From Chrysomallon squamiferum (Eukaryota; Animalia; Mollusca), in NCBI GenBank assembly GCA_012295275.1, contig CM022675.1, forward strand, positions 9,920,001-9,984,000: a stretch of 64,000 nt of DNA, written 5' to 3'. The notes under the pieces were generated by a model, which saw only the letters and a list, made by a program, of their open reading frames with translations, did not search any database and had not been told where the DNA came from. The translations under genes were made by a program, and so were the position numbers. Of the stretch, positions 30,791 to 45,981 are shown in pieces. The stretch's first letter is position 1. Each line of letters opens with the position of its first letter.

Positions 30791-32108
30791 TCTTTACAAG
30801 AGAACATGTACTTGGATACAAAATGAAAATATTTATGTCTACATTTTTATTCTCTTGGCAGCCATTATTAGACTGAAACCTTCATCTTTTAGCCCTGATG
30901 ATAACCAGTCTATTCATTTGTAATAAAAGAAAAGAGAAAAAAAGTAAAAAAAGTGAGGCTAGTATGTTCTACAGGCTACAGAGAAAATATTTGTAATGTA
31001 ACTCTAAACCTTTTTCTGATTTCAAATTAATAGGACTTTTAAACCAGATGGTATAATAATAAAGAAAAATTATTATTTTATGTAGGCAGATTTTTTGTTT
31101 TTGTTTTTGTGATTGTTATTATTATTTATACTTGAGTTTGTTTTCAGTTTAAAAAAAATAAATTGTAATTTGTTATTTTTGAGGGGTATTTTATTAATGA
31201 TAAAGTCTCACTGTTTTATATTACTGTATGTCTGTATGTTTTTTTTCAGTATGTATGTATGTATGTATGTGTGTGTGTATATATGTATATATGTACGTAT
31301 TCATTTCTGAAATATCAGTTTCTAAATTAAGAAAAAAATCCAGAATAATAACTAGGCATGCATCATACTAAAAAGAAAGAAAGTATTAATGAAAAATAAA
31401 AATCAGGCTAGCCTGACTTTAAACATCTGGCAGCCACAAAAACCACAGCGATCAAAAAACCGGACATGTTTTATGATACCAGAAAGGAGCACCGCCCATT
31501 AAGAGGAGATTTACAAAGGCAGAAAACACATGGAGGCTGACGTCTGCTTTGTTTTATCAACTCAGATGTTGACCATTTGTAGTAGACATCTGGCGAATGT
31601 CTTGTGTACACAAAATGTGTAAGAGGAAACATGTAACAGCTATTGTTTTAATTTTGTTTAGATTTTTCAAACTTTCTTATTTGAAAGTGATAGGTTGATT
31701 GAGAATGAAATACTGTCTTAGGCAAATAAAGATTTTCATACCAGTCCTTGCAAGTAAGAATGTGAGTGTGTTATGATTCTGTGGTAAGGAAAGGTAATTC
31801 AGTAAAGGGAAATAATGTGATGTGATAAAGTTGCAATGATTTAACCTTTAACAGAATGTTATATTATCATCTTCCTCTCTCGTCCTCTCTAATTCCCTTT
31901 CTTTCTCTCTCACACTTGCTTTCGCTCTGCCTCTCTATCTACCTATCTGTCTGCCTGTCTCTCACTCTTTCCCTATCTCTACTTCCCTGTCACACATTTT
32001 CTGCCTAACTTTCTTTCTGTCTAAACCTCTTTGTTTTTCTTTCTCTTTTTCTATCAGATACAATTTGGTTCCCAACAATTCCCCATGAATTTTCCCAACA
32101 ATTCCCCA

Positions 32109-32263
32109 TGTATTTTACCTTCAGCCTATCCAACCACCCAACCACCTTCAGCCTATCCAACCACCCCTAAATATCATTCCTGTATTTTACCTTCAGCCTA
32201 TCCAACCACCCCTAAATATCATTCCTGTATTTTACCTTCAGCCTACTACCCAACCACACCCTA
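32109..32263. repeat. ~45-bp C-rich minisatellite
   Basis: tgtattttaccttcagcctatccaaccacc at 32109, 32181, 32226, plus an internal partial duplication. Confidence 0.9.
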
Positions 32264-32775
32264 AGCACTGCCCCAATGACTTACCTTCCCCCTATCCAAC
32301 CCTCCCTGAACACCTCCTCTGTTTTATCTCACAACAACCATTAGTAACTCTAAACGTAATGTATCACAACAGTGGATCACACTTAGACAGAACGTGGACA
32401 TCGGACACTACGCCAACGTCAAGTCAGATTATCATCATCTATACAGTATTTGGCATGATGGTGTGATAACCCATAAAATGCTGTCGTTACATTATGTTTT
32501 TGGAGTTTTTCAGGATTAAACCAGATTTGAAAAAAAAAAAAAATATTTTCAATAAGGTCAGTGGATTGGTATCAGTGGTTTAAGTTTCATTTGAAGAATT
32601 TGTTATTTTCATGTCAAGTGTTTTGGCTTGAATTCAGAAAATTATGTGTTTTTAGTTTTGGTTCCAAAATCTTCAAAATCTTTTGAGCTTTGAATCATCT
32701 ATTTTGTGTTCATATTTACTACATTTATTGAGTTTATGTTTTGAGTTCAAAATCCAAGATTTCTTTCTGTCACAC

Positions 32776-32881
<106 letters not shown>

Positions 32882-33983
32882 TTTCTAAGATACAAGTCTC
32901 CATTTTAATGCTGTACGTGTCAAAAATATTGAACATTGTTACATATCTCACAAATAATTCATATCATACATTTCTGTGTCAGTTTCTTTAAACATGTGCC
33001 AATAATGATTAATCTGTACATTTTAACCCATACTGTGTTAAGTACAGTTCCCTCTATCATTCCACAGAACTATAAGCATAATAACATACCCTGACATGTG
33101 TCATGTATAATAAATATTTTACTAGATTTATTGTGTAGAAAATATTATTAGTTAGAACACAGGGGAATATTTTGGATTTTTTAAACTTTTTTTTTTCTTT
33201 TTTTTTCTTGTGGGGACTTATTCTGCTTTTGTTCTTTTCTGGAGCAGATTAGTTTTCAAAAAAAAACTACAAAAAAAAAAAACATATATATATACAAAAA
33301 CACCCCAAAAAAGAACAGATTTTTTGTTGTGTTCTTTTCCTGGGGCTGTTAGAGTTACTAAATATAGACTTTAGCTTGTTTGAGAAATTGTTTATATTAT
33401 TTCCTATTCTAGATAGTGCTCTTTAATTATCATCATCATCATAACCATTATCATTGTTAGTATTAGTATCAATATCATTATCATTACTACTACTACTACT
33501 ACTACTATTATTATTATTATTCATATAATTATTATTATTAATGGTACTATTATCATTATCATCATTATCACCATCATACCTCATTGCTATGTTGTAACCA
33601 TTGCTCTACAGCCCACCTCAGTGACATATTACATTAATCCATAAACTAATCCAATACATAAAATAATCTTAGAGATTAAAAACTTAAATTAAAAAAAAAA
33701 AATGTGGTTAATCCACTCATGGCTAATTAAATCCCCAAATCCCCAAATGTATAGAAGTCAGTTTGAATTAGCATGGAGAACCTCACAAACTCACTCTAAG
33801 TGGAATAAGTCAGAGGTTCTGGCAGGGATGGCAAAGAGAAACGGCTTAACACATGATTAATGGGTCACTGCGTTGTTCTTGGAACAGAGTTAACCCTTTC
33901 ACTGCTGTTGGTTCTGCGACTAATTCTTTCACCCCTGTGTTAATTAGATAGTTTTTGTTCTCTCTCACTCTCTGTCTCTGACA

Positions 33984-34036
<53 letters not shown>

Positions 34037-34616
34037 CTGTATTTCTCTCTGTCTCTCTGACATCTCTCTCTCTCTCTCTGACATCTGTCTCTCTCTCTCT
34101 CTCTCTGACATCTCTCTCTCTCTCTCTCTGTATTTCTCTCACTCTGATGTCTCTCTGACATCTCTCTCTCTCTCTCTCTCTCTTCTCTCTTTCTGTCAGT
34201 CTCTATTTCTTTCTCTGTTGTTAAATTTCCTTCTTTCATTCTTTTTTCTTCACCCACTCAATTTGTTTTTCTCTCTTCTATTCATAGCCTTTCTTTCTGA
34301 ATTTAAAATATACCTTGAAAATAACCATTCAGAATCACTGGTTCCTTGTTTCATTCAGAACATCTGAAACAAACTTCTAATTTGTTTTCCTAAATGTTAA
34401 CGACTTCTGTTTTGTGGTTTGCCTACAAAATGAAATGTATGTGATCTGTCATGTTTCTTGTGCTACCCTCTGTCAAGGGGATTAACTCTAGTTCCTTTTT
34501 GTTTCTCATTTTTTACTGAGATGAAATATGTTGTCTTGTCAAGAAAGACACTGTAAGTGTGAACATGATTTGTGTGTTTCTAGGATGAAAAAGAAACTAA
34601 ATTTACATTTATTATA

Positions 34617-34654
<38 letters not shown>

Positions 34655-35043
34655 TGCCTGTGTGAATATTATTAGAATATATTTGTGACTTTGCATGTCT
34701 GTGTATTACTTAATATTTACTTTTATATAAAAAAATACTAAACAAATCATTTAAATTCATTTATTTTAATCATATAGTAAATTATTATTATTATTTTTTT
34801 TTTTTTGGTTCACCATTATATTTTTAAACTCACAGTTTTTTTTTTTTTTTTTTTATTAATGTTACACTATACATTATAATTTTAATTGCTATACCCAGAA
34901 TTTCTTTCCCATATCATTAGAATAACTTTCCCAACAGAAAATATATTATTTTGGTTTCTTTTTCAAAAGAGTTACTTCCTGTTTATCCTGGTTCCCATGT
35001 GTAAATGTGGAAGTTGCACTATTATTGGTAGACTTGTAACCTG

Positions 35044-35056
35044 TGACCTATGACCT
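35044..35056 (-). promoter_or_regulatory. Nuclear-receptor DR1 element (TGACCTaTGACCT on the + strand)
   Basis: Two exact half-sites with a 1-nt spacer. Confidence 0.5.
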
Positions 35057-36525
35057 GAATGTACTTTGTAAAACTTTGGTTCTTGAATTGCAAATGATAG
35101 CTGAAAATTTAAAGATGCTGAAAATTTTATAGGTATGTACATTGTGACACAGGAACTATTTCATAATAGTTTAGAGAGACAGAGGGAGGGAGGGAGGGAT
35201 AGAGGAAGGAGTAAGAGAGAGAAAATAAGAAAGAGGGATATACAGACAGATAGGTAGATAGAAAGAAAGAGAGAAAATTGAAACAAAGTGTTTATGAGTG
35301 ACAAAGATGAAACAGAAAAAAGAGAGAAGAACTGACAGGCAGACAAACAGACAAAGCAGAAAGGAAAGAATAGAAAATAAAAAATAAATTGAATGTCAGT
35401 GTAAGAGTCTGGTAGTTGGAGGAAAAAAAAGAAGAGATATGAGTGAGAAAGAGAAAAAGAAAGAGAGAAAGAAGGAGTGAGATAGCAAGAGAGAGGTGAG
35501 AAATGGATGGATGGATGAATGGGTGAGATAGAGAAATCAGAAAAAAGTGAGAAAAATTCAGTGAAAGATAGAATTACAGAAAGTAAGAAAGAAATAGAAA
35601 TACAGACAGGAATAGACTGGTAGAATAGAAACAGAGAGATACAGGATAAAATATACAGACAATGAAATATTTAGACAACAAAATAAATAAATAGAGAGAA
35701 AGAGATAGTTTGCAGAAAAAGCATTAGAGAGGGAAAGAGATGGATACGACAGTATTAATTTATGACACTGAAAATGTTAGATACACAAGACTTAAGTGCC
35801 TGTGTGTTATAGAGAGATAAACAGGGGGAAAAAAAATCTTCATTTTTTTTTTTAAAAGTAAACCAAATAAACATTAAGATTTTAAACAAGATATTTTCAG
35901 CTCATATGAGTTAACACAATATTTATTTATCAAATGATTAACTAGCAGCAGACACATTTATCAAAACCGAGAAACAGACAAACTCATTTATCACCTTGGT
36001 AACAGCAGACATCTTTATTCTTAGTCTAATTTCGTGGACAGTTTTCACTTTATCAAAACGGTTTTGTTCTTGTGCCCAGGGAGAAGGACAGCTGGACAGC
36101 TGGACAGTGGTAATTTTCATTCTGATGAAAAATTAGTTTTGGAATCCCAAGACATCTGTGGTCAGTTTCATTCTGTCCAGTGGAAAATTTTTTTTTTATC
36201 ACGAAGTGGCCAGAGTACATTTTGTATGCCAATTGTCCACTTCAACCCAACCAGAGAAAAATTAATTTTTCATCTCAAAACCGTTAAATCTTCAATCAGT
36301 CAGACCGTCCATAACATTCTTGACCTGGCAGTAGACAGTGGCCAAATTTTAAAGATGAGTGTATGGACATGTGTAAATTAGGTCAAATGGGTTCAGCAAG
36401 TTTGATGAATTAAAGTCATGTTGTCATAGAAACCAGAGATAATTTTATAATAAATATAAAGAGTTTGTAAATGGTGTATAGGTTTGAGCATATACTGAAG
36501 ACAAAATTAGAGAAAGAGAGAGTGT

Positions 36526-36636
<111 letters not shown>

Positions 36637-38038
36637 GGAAAGGGTTTGTGGGTACATAAATAAACAGACAGTGACATGTATGTATTTATATCATTAGGTA
36701 TATAGAGACAAAATGAGAAATCAGCACAGATTTGTATAAAACATAGTTGTAGATCGAATACAAATTACTTATACAAACTCCCCTACTTCTTTACATTCAT
36801 TTCTAAAACCATAAACAGCTACATGTGGAGGAAATAGGAAATAGAAAAAAGAATGACTCCAATGGCTGATGTCCTGTATGGTAGTGGAAACTCAATGCTC
36901 AATTAAAGCCAGGTCATCCGGTCCAGTGACCTCTGGATGTAATTAGCCCTGTCAGACTTGCAATTAGCGGAGCAAACGGCAATCAGCAGGGTCGGGAAGG
37001 CATTTGTCTCAACACGGAGCGGACACTTGGGTTCAGAAGTCGTTAAAACATTATGACACAACACAGAGCGGGACACTTTGTTTTTTAAAAAGACATTAAA
37101 GTATTTGTCTCAATGAGGAGAAGACACAGATATGAAACATACACTGCTGGAAAGAAATAATTTGACATGTCAAACAAACTTAATTTAAAAAAACAACAAA
37201 ACAAAACACAAAACAACCTGTTAGTTGAGACAAGGTCAGTGGAATCAGGGTTGTGCTAGTAAAAATTATAGTGGGTGGAGAAAGATGTGGTTATGCTGTA
37301 TATGATAATGAAGCTTTCTGAAAAAAGAGAAAATATGTTTTCTGTAAGATAGGCAATGCTTTGTATGATGAAACTGAGGTTTGTAGCAGGAAATATATAA
37401 ATTAAATAAATAAAAATTATTAACAAATCCATGCACTTTTTAAAAATACAACAGTGAGATCTTACGTGCATATTTCGGATGATAACATATATATATATAT
37501 ATATATATATTCATACAAATACAAACTCACATTTACATATACAGTTTAAACACTTTCTCAAAACACACACACACACACACACACACGTGCACCTACCCCC
37601 AACATACAGACACACACATGCTGCTTAACAATTTTTTTACCTCACAAACCATTATATATTATATGGAACCCATCTGCCTTCATTATAACATTTCATTAAG
37701 CTTAACCACAGATCCTGGTGGGGGGAAAAGGTGGGGGAGCCAGTTTTAAAGACAGACTGGTAGCAATGTAATTAAGGTTAATTAAGGCAATTAGTGGGTC
37801 TATGAGATAAAATCCTTATTTTTTATTTTTTTTAAAGATTTTGCCACCAGACATTTTTAACTTCTGCACTCTCTCACCTTCTGGCATCACCTTGTGGTGC
37901 TTATCTTGTGAAAACACATTTAATATGATTGAGTTTATCTTGGGTCAACGAGTTTTAAAAGACTGAGTTGAAGGAGTTTTTAAAAACAAAATAATAATAA
38001 TAATAATAAATAAATAAAAATAAAAATAAATAATTTAT

Positions 38039-38093
<55 letters not shown>

Positions 38094-38547
38094 AACTGCT
38101 ATTACTACTACTGCTATGATCATCACTCCTGCTATTATTGTTGATGATGATGTTATTTATTTATTTATTTATTTTTGTTTCAGTCTTTGTATCTTAATAT
38201 CTTTGCTTGATCTTTTACACTGATTTTATGTTAGTAACAAAACTTTATTTTAATTCATTGACTGTAGTCAAGAAAATAGTACAAGCATATGGAAACAATT
38301 AACCATTTTTATAAAGTTTTTAATAACTCAAAATAGTTCAAACGTGTGGATGTAAGAACCATGTTAGTAAAGATAAAAATTATCCACATTTCTAACAAAA
38401 CATCATTTTTTAATTAGTTCAACACAAGGATGTAAAAGTAGTAAAAATTCTATAGTATTTCTTTTTTGTCCCTTTCTCTCCCCTCATATACTTCAAACAT
38501 ATGGATTTGGAAACCATATTTATTATGACCATGATAATCAATCTTAT

Positions 38548-38900
38548 CAACAAAAGATCATTTTTTAATTATACCTTGTTTACAGGAAAAATAGAACAAA
38601 CGTGCAAAACAAGAACATGTTTTTTAAAGGATCCATGTTACAACAAAAGCTCATTTGTAATTATACCTTGTTGTTCAGAAAACAGTATAAACATATAGAA
38701 CACAAAATTGTGTTTGTATGATCTGTTTTACAACAAAAAATTATTTTTAATTATACACTGTTGTTAAGAAAATAGTACAAACATATGGGAACAAGAAATT
38801 GTGTTTGTATTATCCTTAGTACAACAAAAGATTATTTTTAATTATATACAGTTGACAGGAAAATAGTACAAACATATGGGAAGTGGAATCTGTGTTTGTT
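38548..38900. repeat. Degenerate ~90-bp tandem repeat, about 4 copies
   Basis: acaacaaaag..atttttaattatac...gaaaatagtacaaacatatg recurs at ~38548, 38640, 38730, 38821. Confidence 0.8.
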
Positions 38901-39892
38901 ATTAACTCAGTAAATGGAGCAGGAAACAAGACTTCTTGTTTATTGTTTACGTGGAGTCATTATGGACAGAAAATCCTTCCCATGGTTCTCTGGTTATATT
39001 AATTATAAACACGTTCATCATTTTGCTCTGGCCAAGTGTCAGAAGTATGCAGCTCATCAGAGATATTGTGTTAATAAGGAATCTGGTGTTGATTGCTACT
39101 TGTAAGAAATATGTTGTCACAGGGGCCATGTGAAGATTGGGAAAAAATTGGAATTATTAACTTTCACACTTTCCTAATTCTCTTTTCTTTCAATATTGTC
39201 TTCATTCATACATCCATCCACTCTTTGATCCATTTATTTGCTCTTTTGTTTCTTCTTCATTTATGGATATCCATTTGATCCATCCATCTGCTTTTGTATC
39301 CATTTATCCGTCCCATCCATCCATCCATCCATCCATCCATTTACTCTTTGCTCCATTATCCAGTTAATATTTGATCCATTATCCATCTACCGTTAGATAT
39401 TTTCACTTATCTAACTTTTGATCCATCCATGGATCCATCTACCCTTTGATCCATTTATTCATTCCTTCTTTCACCTTTGTACTTCTTTTCACACATCATA
39501 ACCGTTCTTTCTGAACAACATGAAACACAACAACAGTAACAGCAAAAAACATCTACCACCATCCACATACTCAGGATTTCATTAATTCACAGACAGTTCA
39601 TGCCTCCATTGTAAATAACCTTCTTCTTGCATTTCTCTCCCTCGATGGCGACTTAATCTGCACTACACACCCTTTTTATTTGGTCCACCATGTCAGATAT
39701 GGCGTTTCCTGTAAACTATAAAGCAGACTGCTAGACGTGTGTCCGAAACGCTCCTCAGATGAACCAAACACTTTGATTCCCACATAATCAGAAACAGAGG
39801 GTCCAGGTATTCCAGAATGTGTGGAAAATATCAAGATAATCACAGTATAGAGAGATTCTGATAATTTTTCTCCTGTCTTTTTATCTTCTTCT

Positions 39893-39923
<31 letters not shown>

Positions 39924-40411
39924 GAGAAACAAATTAGTTCATTTGTCTGGTTTTTATATATACACACACAGTAACACATACATAGACGTACACATACTGA
40001 TATTTAAAATTATTTTTCATTTTAGTTTTATTATAATTATTATTATCATCATTCTATTATTACTATCATCATCATCATCTTTATTATTATTACCATTATT
40101 ATTGTCATTATTTTATTTGGTTTATCTTTTTTTCCTGTTGTATCGTTTTTTTCACTGAAGAATTCTGCCTTCTTTTAATAGGTTTTATAAATAATGAAAA
40201 CTATAATGACAAAAAATGAAAAGAAAAGAAAAACAAAGATAATGATAATGATAATAACAACAAGTAATGCTTTAACTCACATTACAATATTGATATTAAA
40301 TGTGCAGAAATTGTGTATTGTATGATACACATGATATAACATGACAGGATATTGCATATATGATTTTTGTCATAATACTAATATTAATGTATACTAAATG
40401 TGTATTTTCAG

Positions 40412-40511
40412 ATATGATAGAGCAGTTTCCAAGATTTGAAAACCAGGATTTGAATGGTTATGTACAGATAGCTATTGACATTAACAGAACACAACTACTG
40501 GTGGGAGCTAG
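40412..40511 (+). CDS. Sema5: Sema5 exon 2 (DMIEQFPRFENQDLNGYVQIAIDINRTQLLVGAR)
   Basis: tttcag acceptor, AG|gtaagt donor, LLVGAR Sema motif; phase 1 to 2. Confidence 0.93.
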
Positions 40512-40779
40512 GTAAGTTTTACAACATCATTAACAACAACAACAGCTACTGCTACTACTACTACTACTACTTCAACTACTGCAACTACTGCAGCTACTAC
40601 TAGTACAACAACTACTGTTAAAACTACTACTACTACCTCTACTCTAACAGAAATACTATACTATCAGTTTTGGTGGTATTACTACCACTTAATCATTTCA
40701 ACAGTTTTCTGTCTTTATTTACAAATTAAACTTTAATTACTTTTCACCTGTTTTAATTTAATTATTTTGTTTATTAATA

Positions 40780-40810
<31 letters not shown>

Positions 40811-40846
40811 ATATAAGTAAATATTTACATATATTCACCAGTTTGT

Positions 40847-40881
<35 letters not shown>

Positions 40882-40890
40882 TTTCTAAAG

Positions 40891-40999
40891 AGGTTGTATA
40901 TTCCGGCTGTCAATGGATGATTTAAAAGTTTTACAAGTTGCAGACTGGAATTCTAATAATGAAACCAGAGACATTTGTATCAAAAAAGGTTTCCCCAAG
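40891..40999 (+). CDS. Sema5: Sema5 exon 3 (GCIFRLSMDDLKVLQVADWNSNNETRDICIKKGFPK)
   Basis: AG/GT boundaries, phase 2 to 0, conserved W...C..KG. Confidence 0.92.
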
Positions 41000-41479
41000 G
41001 TAAATATGAAATATTACTTTACTTACAGATTCAGTTAAATTTTCAGTAGCTTTGTTTTATTTAATTTTTTCTGTTAATTATAAAAGTTATTTTCTTTTTT
41101 ATTTTTCTTGTTTTTAGTTATTTTCTTATTTATTTTATATAAATTTTCTATTTTTAAAAAACAAAAATTATTATTCTATTATTTTTTAAATTTAATTTAA
41201 AGATATGATGATAATTAAAAAAGAAATACAAATTCCTGTAATTAAAATTATTAATTTTAGTTTTTAAACATCATAGAGTAAACTTATAAATTAATATATA
41301 AAGAAAACACATTACAAACACATTATGAAAGTTAAATATTTACATAAAGAAAAAAAAAAGACAACATACTTTACTTTCTAATTGCGATACTAATTTTTAA
41401 ATTTAGATTCAGAAATAATAATTCATTAACATCCAGTTAAATCTTCACATTTTAAAAATATTTCTACCTTTATTTTCAG

Positions 41480-41578
41480 GAGAGTTGCCACAATTTCATT
41501 CGTGTGTTAGTTATTTTCAAAGACAAAGTCTTAGTGTGTGGTACCAATGCATTTGCTCCTATTTGTTCATGGAGACCA
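41480..41578 (+). CDS. Sema5: Sema5 exon 4 (ESCHNFIRVLVIFKDKVLVCGTNAFAPICSWRP)
   Basis: CHNFIRVL and CGTNAF motifs; tttcag / gtgagt. Confidence 0.96.
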
Positions 41579-42059
41579 GTGAGTATATATTTAATAACCT
41601 TTATTTTTATTATCTTATTCATGAACTGATATTAAACTTATTAATTTATTTGAATATTTAAAAAAAAAATTTTAGGGGGGAGGTTATGTTAAAGAAACAA
41701 TTTTTATAAATTTTAATATCTTATTCATGAATAATCTTATCCATATATGGTTTGAATTATTTGATAAAATAATAATTTTCTTTTTGTTTTAAATATTATA
41801 CTGAACTTGTTTCAGTGGTTAATGTTCTTTCAATAAAAATGTCAAAATTTTCTTTTGCCTTTATGTATGAATGTACACATGTGAAACAAAATTTACACTT
41901 AATGTATTTTTGTGTATGTTTATGTGTGTGGGTGTATATAAATATATAAATAAATATATATATTATATATAAACACATAAAAACACACACACACAAACAC
42001 ACTCTCATACACAAATATAATAAATGTGTTTAATTGAAAACTGTATTTCTACCAAACAG

Positions 42060-42273
42060 GCTGATAACATTATAGACATCGATGAAACTATTGATGGTCT
42101 AGCCATATGCCCTTACAACCCGAATCAAAATGTGTCCTCAGTGATGACCAAGAAGGGAAACCTCTACACTGCCACCACCATTGACAGCACCGCTAGGGAT
42201 GCCGTCATCAGCCGCAGCCTCGGTCCCCTGCCTCATCTTAGAACTGTTCAGTTTAACTCCAGGTGGCTGAATG
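42060..42273 (+). CDS. Sema5: Sema5 exon 5 (ADNIIDIDETIDGLAICPYNP...LRTVQFNSRWLN)
   Basis: Within ORF 42024-42302; CPYNP and LRT..NS.WLN motifs; cag / gtaagt. Confidence 0.96.
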
Positions 42274-44678
42274 GTAAGTTACATTTGTTTTTGTTGATTT
42301 AATATTATAACTGGTTTAATAGGATAAGATAAAGTAATTTGATGAAGAATGATTGTTTTAAGTTATTTTGATGATAAAGATATATATACATATGCAGACA
42401 CATAAACCAAAAAAAAAAAAATACAAGAACATTAACATAATACACATGCATAGATGTAAAAAGATACATACATACACACTGCATGTATGTACATATTTAC
42501 ACACACCACATATGGGGACATACACACGTTAATACATGCATATATATATACTTTGACATACATGCATACATATCTCCATAATAACACACATGCAAACACA
42601 CACTCACAGACACAGATATTCTTGCATAAAGACATAGGAAATTCACATACGAAAACCATTCACAAAAACCACATTGTAATGATACACATATAACCCTGTT
42701 CATACAAGAAAATATAATTCTCCACATTTAATGAGCTAAATTCATAAGGTCAGATTTGGTGTCAGTTTCTGACACTGATGTATGGTCAGTGTCAGAGGTT
42801 TGCTTACATTCAGGACAATAGAAACCAAGAGGCAAGTAGATAATATCTCTGTAGATCACAACTTGATGTACAGCAAAATGAATCAAGATTGTTTTTCTGA
42901 TTGGAAGCAAACATAAAAAAATATATATATATGTGAAAAAATCTTTTTCCTTTTTTTTCTGTTCATCAGTGCAGTTTTAAAAAAAAATTATTTATAGTTT
43001 GTTGCGTTTTTTTAATTCATTTATCATTGATGAATATTGGGAGTTTTTTTGTTCATTTTATTCTATTTATTTCATTAATGGATTAATTAATACAGAGTAC
43101 ATGAATAGTCAAGGGAGTGTTTTTTTTTCTTTTTTTGCTCTCGTTCTTTTTAAAAAATATGTCAGTGGATGTTTATATTATTGTGTTGTCTTATTAAAGA
43201 ACCTCTTTTACAAAAGTAATAATGTAATGCATTTGTGTATGTCATCTTTCTAATTTTTGTTGATCAGGTTATTAATATTATTATTATTATTATTATTATT
43301 ATAATTATTTAAATGACTGAATACATTTATCTTCAAATTTACAGCAACTTTTATGCTGACACACTTTTTTTTTTTCTGTAATTTATAAATCTACTCTTTA
43401 TAAGAACCAAAACTGATTGTAAATTCTCAAAACATTTAAAACATTCAGCCATATTTTATGACAATAATTTTAACATTTTAAATCATTCAACACCAACATT
43501 TATTATAATTATATTAATTAATACATTTTTTTATTGTTCAGTATTTTGCAAGTATTATTAAATTATAATAATTAACAAACTGACTAAACTATTACTTTCG
43601 TCAACATTTTGTAAAACTATTCTTCCACATTATTAGTATAGCCAACACCCATTAAACGTTGTCACTCAAAAATGTCATAAAGTTAACATATGCATTTAGT
43701 TACATAACATGGGTATGTACACAGACAGAATTAATTAAAATGCCTTCACCCTGCCTGTGTAATTAACAGTAAATTCATCAAAGGTAATGGAATATTGCTG
43801 CCAAATGTTAATCCCATGAAATGAGAATTTTACCTATATTATACAAAAATGATATATGACATATATACAATGCCACATGGTTGGAAAGGGAGGTTATGCA
43901 ATGCCTTTTGGTCAGGGGCCATAACTCAAACTGAATGTTGCAGTTTATTAGTGTCAGCTGCAGGTATGTTCTAATTGGATAAGTAACATATGTCTGTTGA
44001 TTACAGGTGAAAAAGATTTACCTGTTTGTTAGAATGTGATAAAATTTGAAGTGAAGAATTTAAATAACTGAAACAGAAGTTTGAAGATTTGAAATTAAAA
44101 TATCTGAGAAAGGTTTAAGGAAAAAATAATAAAGGCAAAAGAAATATTTTTTAAATAATAAAATATATTAGCAAATACACCCATATATATATATATAGAT
44201 ATGAAATAAATAAATGATCTGACAAATAAGGAAAAAATAAAACCAGCAACAATATAATAAATAATAATTAAAACAAAAACAATAACAATAACAATATTAA
44301 TAATTTGAAGTTTAGATTTATGAAACATATTTCCCAGAGAGTTGAAAATCATTTCATTGCTACTGCTATTACTATCACAACTAATAATGTTGACATAGAC
44401 TGTTTAAAAAACCCAGTTGAATGCAGTAATATCTGTTTATGTAGTGTGTGCAGTAAAATAGATAAATGACAAACTCTTAATTGGTATTTACTACACCTTT
44501 TAAAAATATTAACAAACATAAAGAAAGAATATTAACTGGGAGTCTTTATTTTGTAACTCAAAACCAAATTTATATTCTTTTCTTTATGAACCATGCCATT
44601 GTTTTCACACACTATTTATTTTCATCTTTTTATAGTTTTTTCTTGCTTATTTTACAAATTTTATGGTTTTTTTTGCAG

Positions 44679-44767
44679 AGCCTAACTTTGTTTCTGCATA
44701 CGATATTGGAGATTTTGTTTATTTCTTTTTCCGGGAAACTGCAGTGGAATTCATCAACTGTGGAAAA
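44679..44767 (+). CDS. Sema5: Sema5 exon 6 (EPNFVSAYDIGDFVYFFFRETAVEFINCGK)
   Basis: Highly conserved Sema motif; ttttgcag / gtaagt. Confidence 0.97.
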
Positions 44768-45544
44768 GTAAGTGATATTGTGTGTGAAGAAGCGTATTGC
44801 ATGTTTATATGTAAGGTAATAAAAAGAAACAACAGAAGTATATAGTTTCCAAATTTTATGTTCGTAGAAACACTCAAGCTGCCATTTCGGTTAGTTGTAA
44901 ATTCTCCTTCCTGACCATTCTTGGGCCATATTTTTTTCAACTGTTTGAAAGATATTGTTTTTCTGTTTGTTACACAGGCATTTAGAGGTTCATGTAAAGA
45001 ATGCCAGCGTATTTTTTATTTTATATCATTATTATATTTTTCAATATTGCCTATGAATGTTAGAATATTTTAAGTTGAACCTGTGATCATGAAATATGGA
45101 CTATGTCTCAGTGGTTATTATAATGCAGAGCATGACCCTGTCCATGTCTGTCTGTCTGTCTCTCTCTCTCTCTGTCTCTCATATATGCATTCATCTTAAC
45201 TTGAGGACAAAGCACCTTTAATGAATCACTCAGGAAAAGCCTCAGTCTGGTTTTGATACTGATATCAGGTCATTTATGTTAGATATGTCTGACCTGGTTT
45301 ATTGACAAAAAAAAAAAAAAAAAAAAAAAAAAAGTTAAATTTTTTCATCTTAGTTAAAGCTCACCTGTTTGATTTTCAAAATCTTGTTCTCTCACCTTTT
45401 TTTTATATATATATTTTTTTGTATACCTGGTTTCCTGAACACCTGTTATCAGTAAAACTTTATTTAAGAGATTATTTCTCTGATCCACACTGCTGTTTGG
45501 AGAGATTTATTCACAGGTTTTAGCAACCAGACTTTGTTAAGTAC

Positions 45545-45650
45545 TTCACAGCCTAATATAGATCTCTTGCCAAAAGCAGTCAGTCTTGGATCAAATCACT
45601 TTGATGGTCCACTGAACTATTTTCAGTCTAAATCACTTTGCAAGAACAGA
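45545..45650 (+). mobile_element. Possible degenerate tRNA-derived SINE head fragment
   Basis: B-box-like ggatcaaatc followed by gtccact; the same pair occurs at ~13726-13755. Resemblance to gastropod SINEs is from memory only. Confidence 0.3.
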
Positions 45651-45981
45651 TAATTATAATAAAGAGATAATAGGTACTGTCCTAATTGTAAAATGGTGAT
45701 TAAATAGATGTTTATTTATAATGGGATAATGATGAATGCAGTTTGTATGTTGTTGTTTTTTTTCTTCTGCAATGGCTGTTATTTTATGATTTATCAAAAA
45801 TATTATATTTTTAATAACTGGTTTTAATGAATCCATCTGTATAACTGAAAGTCATAATTAAAATTTAGTTACTAATTGAGAACCTGAGTAAAATGTAAAA
45901 ATATTCTATAATTCAGTTTTCTTATCTGTTATTGTTTTATTTTGCCTTACTTTATTTTATTTATTTATTTATTTATTTCAG

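Noticed and set aside
32031-32264. ORF with repeated LPSAYPTTPKYHSC
   Set aside because: By-product of a 45-bp minisatellite.
36034-36381. 115-aa ORF in intron 1
   Set aside because: Non-ATG start, no recognisable motif or exon boundaries; more likely a regulatory island or repeat remnant.
38914-39133. Three overlapping 60-65 aa ORFs in complex sequence after an AG
   Set aside because: No recognisable domain. The phase-1 frame from the AG at 38909-38910 reaches a stop at ~39000, so it cannot be a Sema5 cassette exon.
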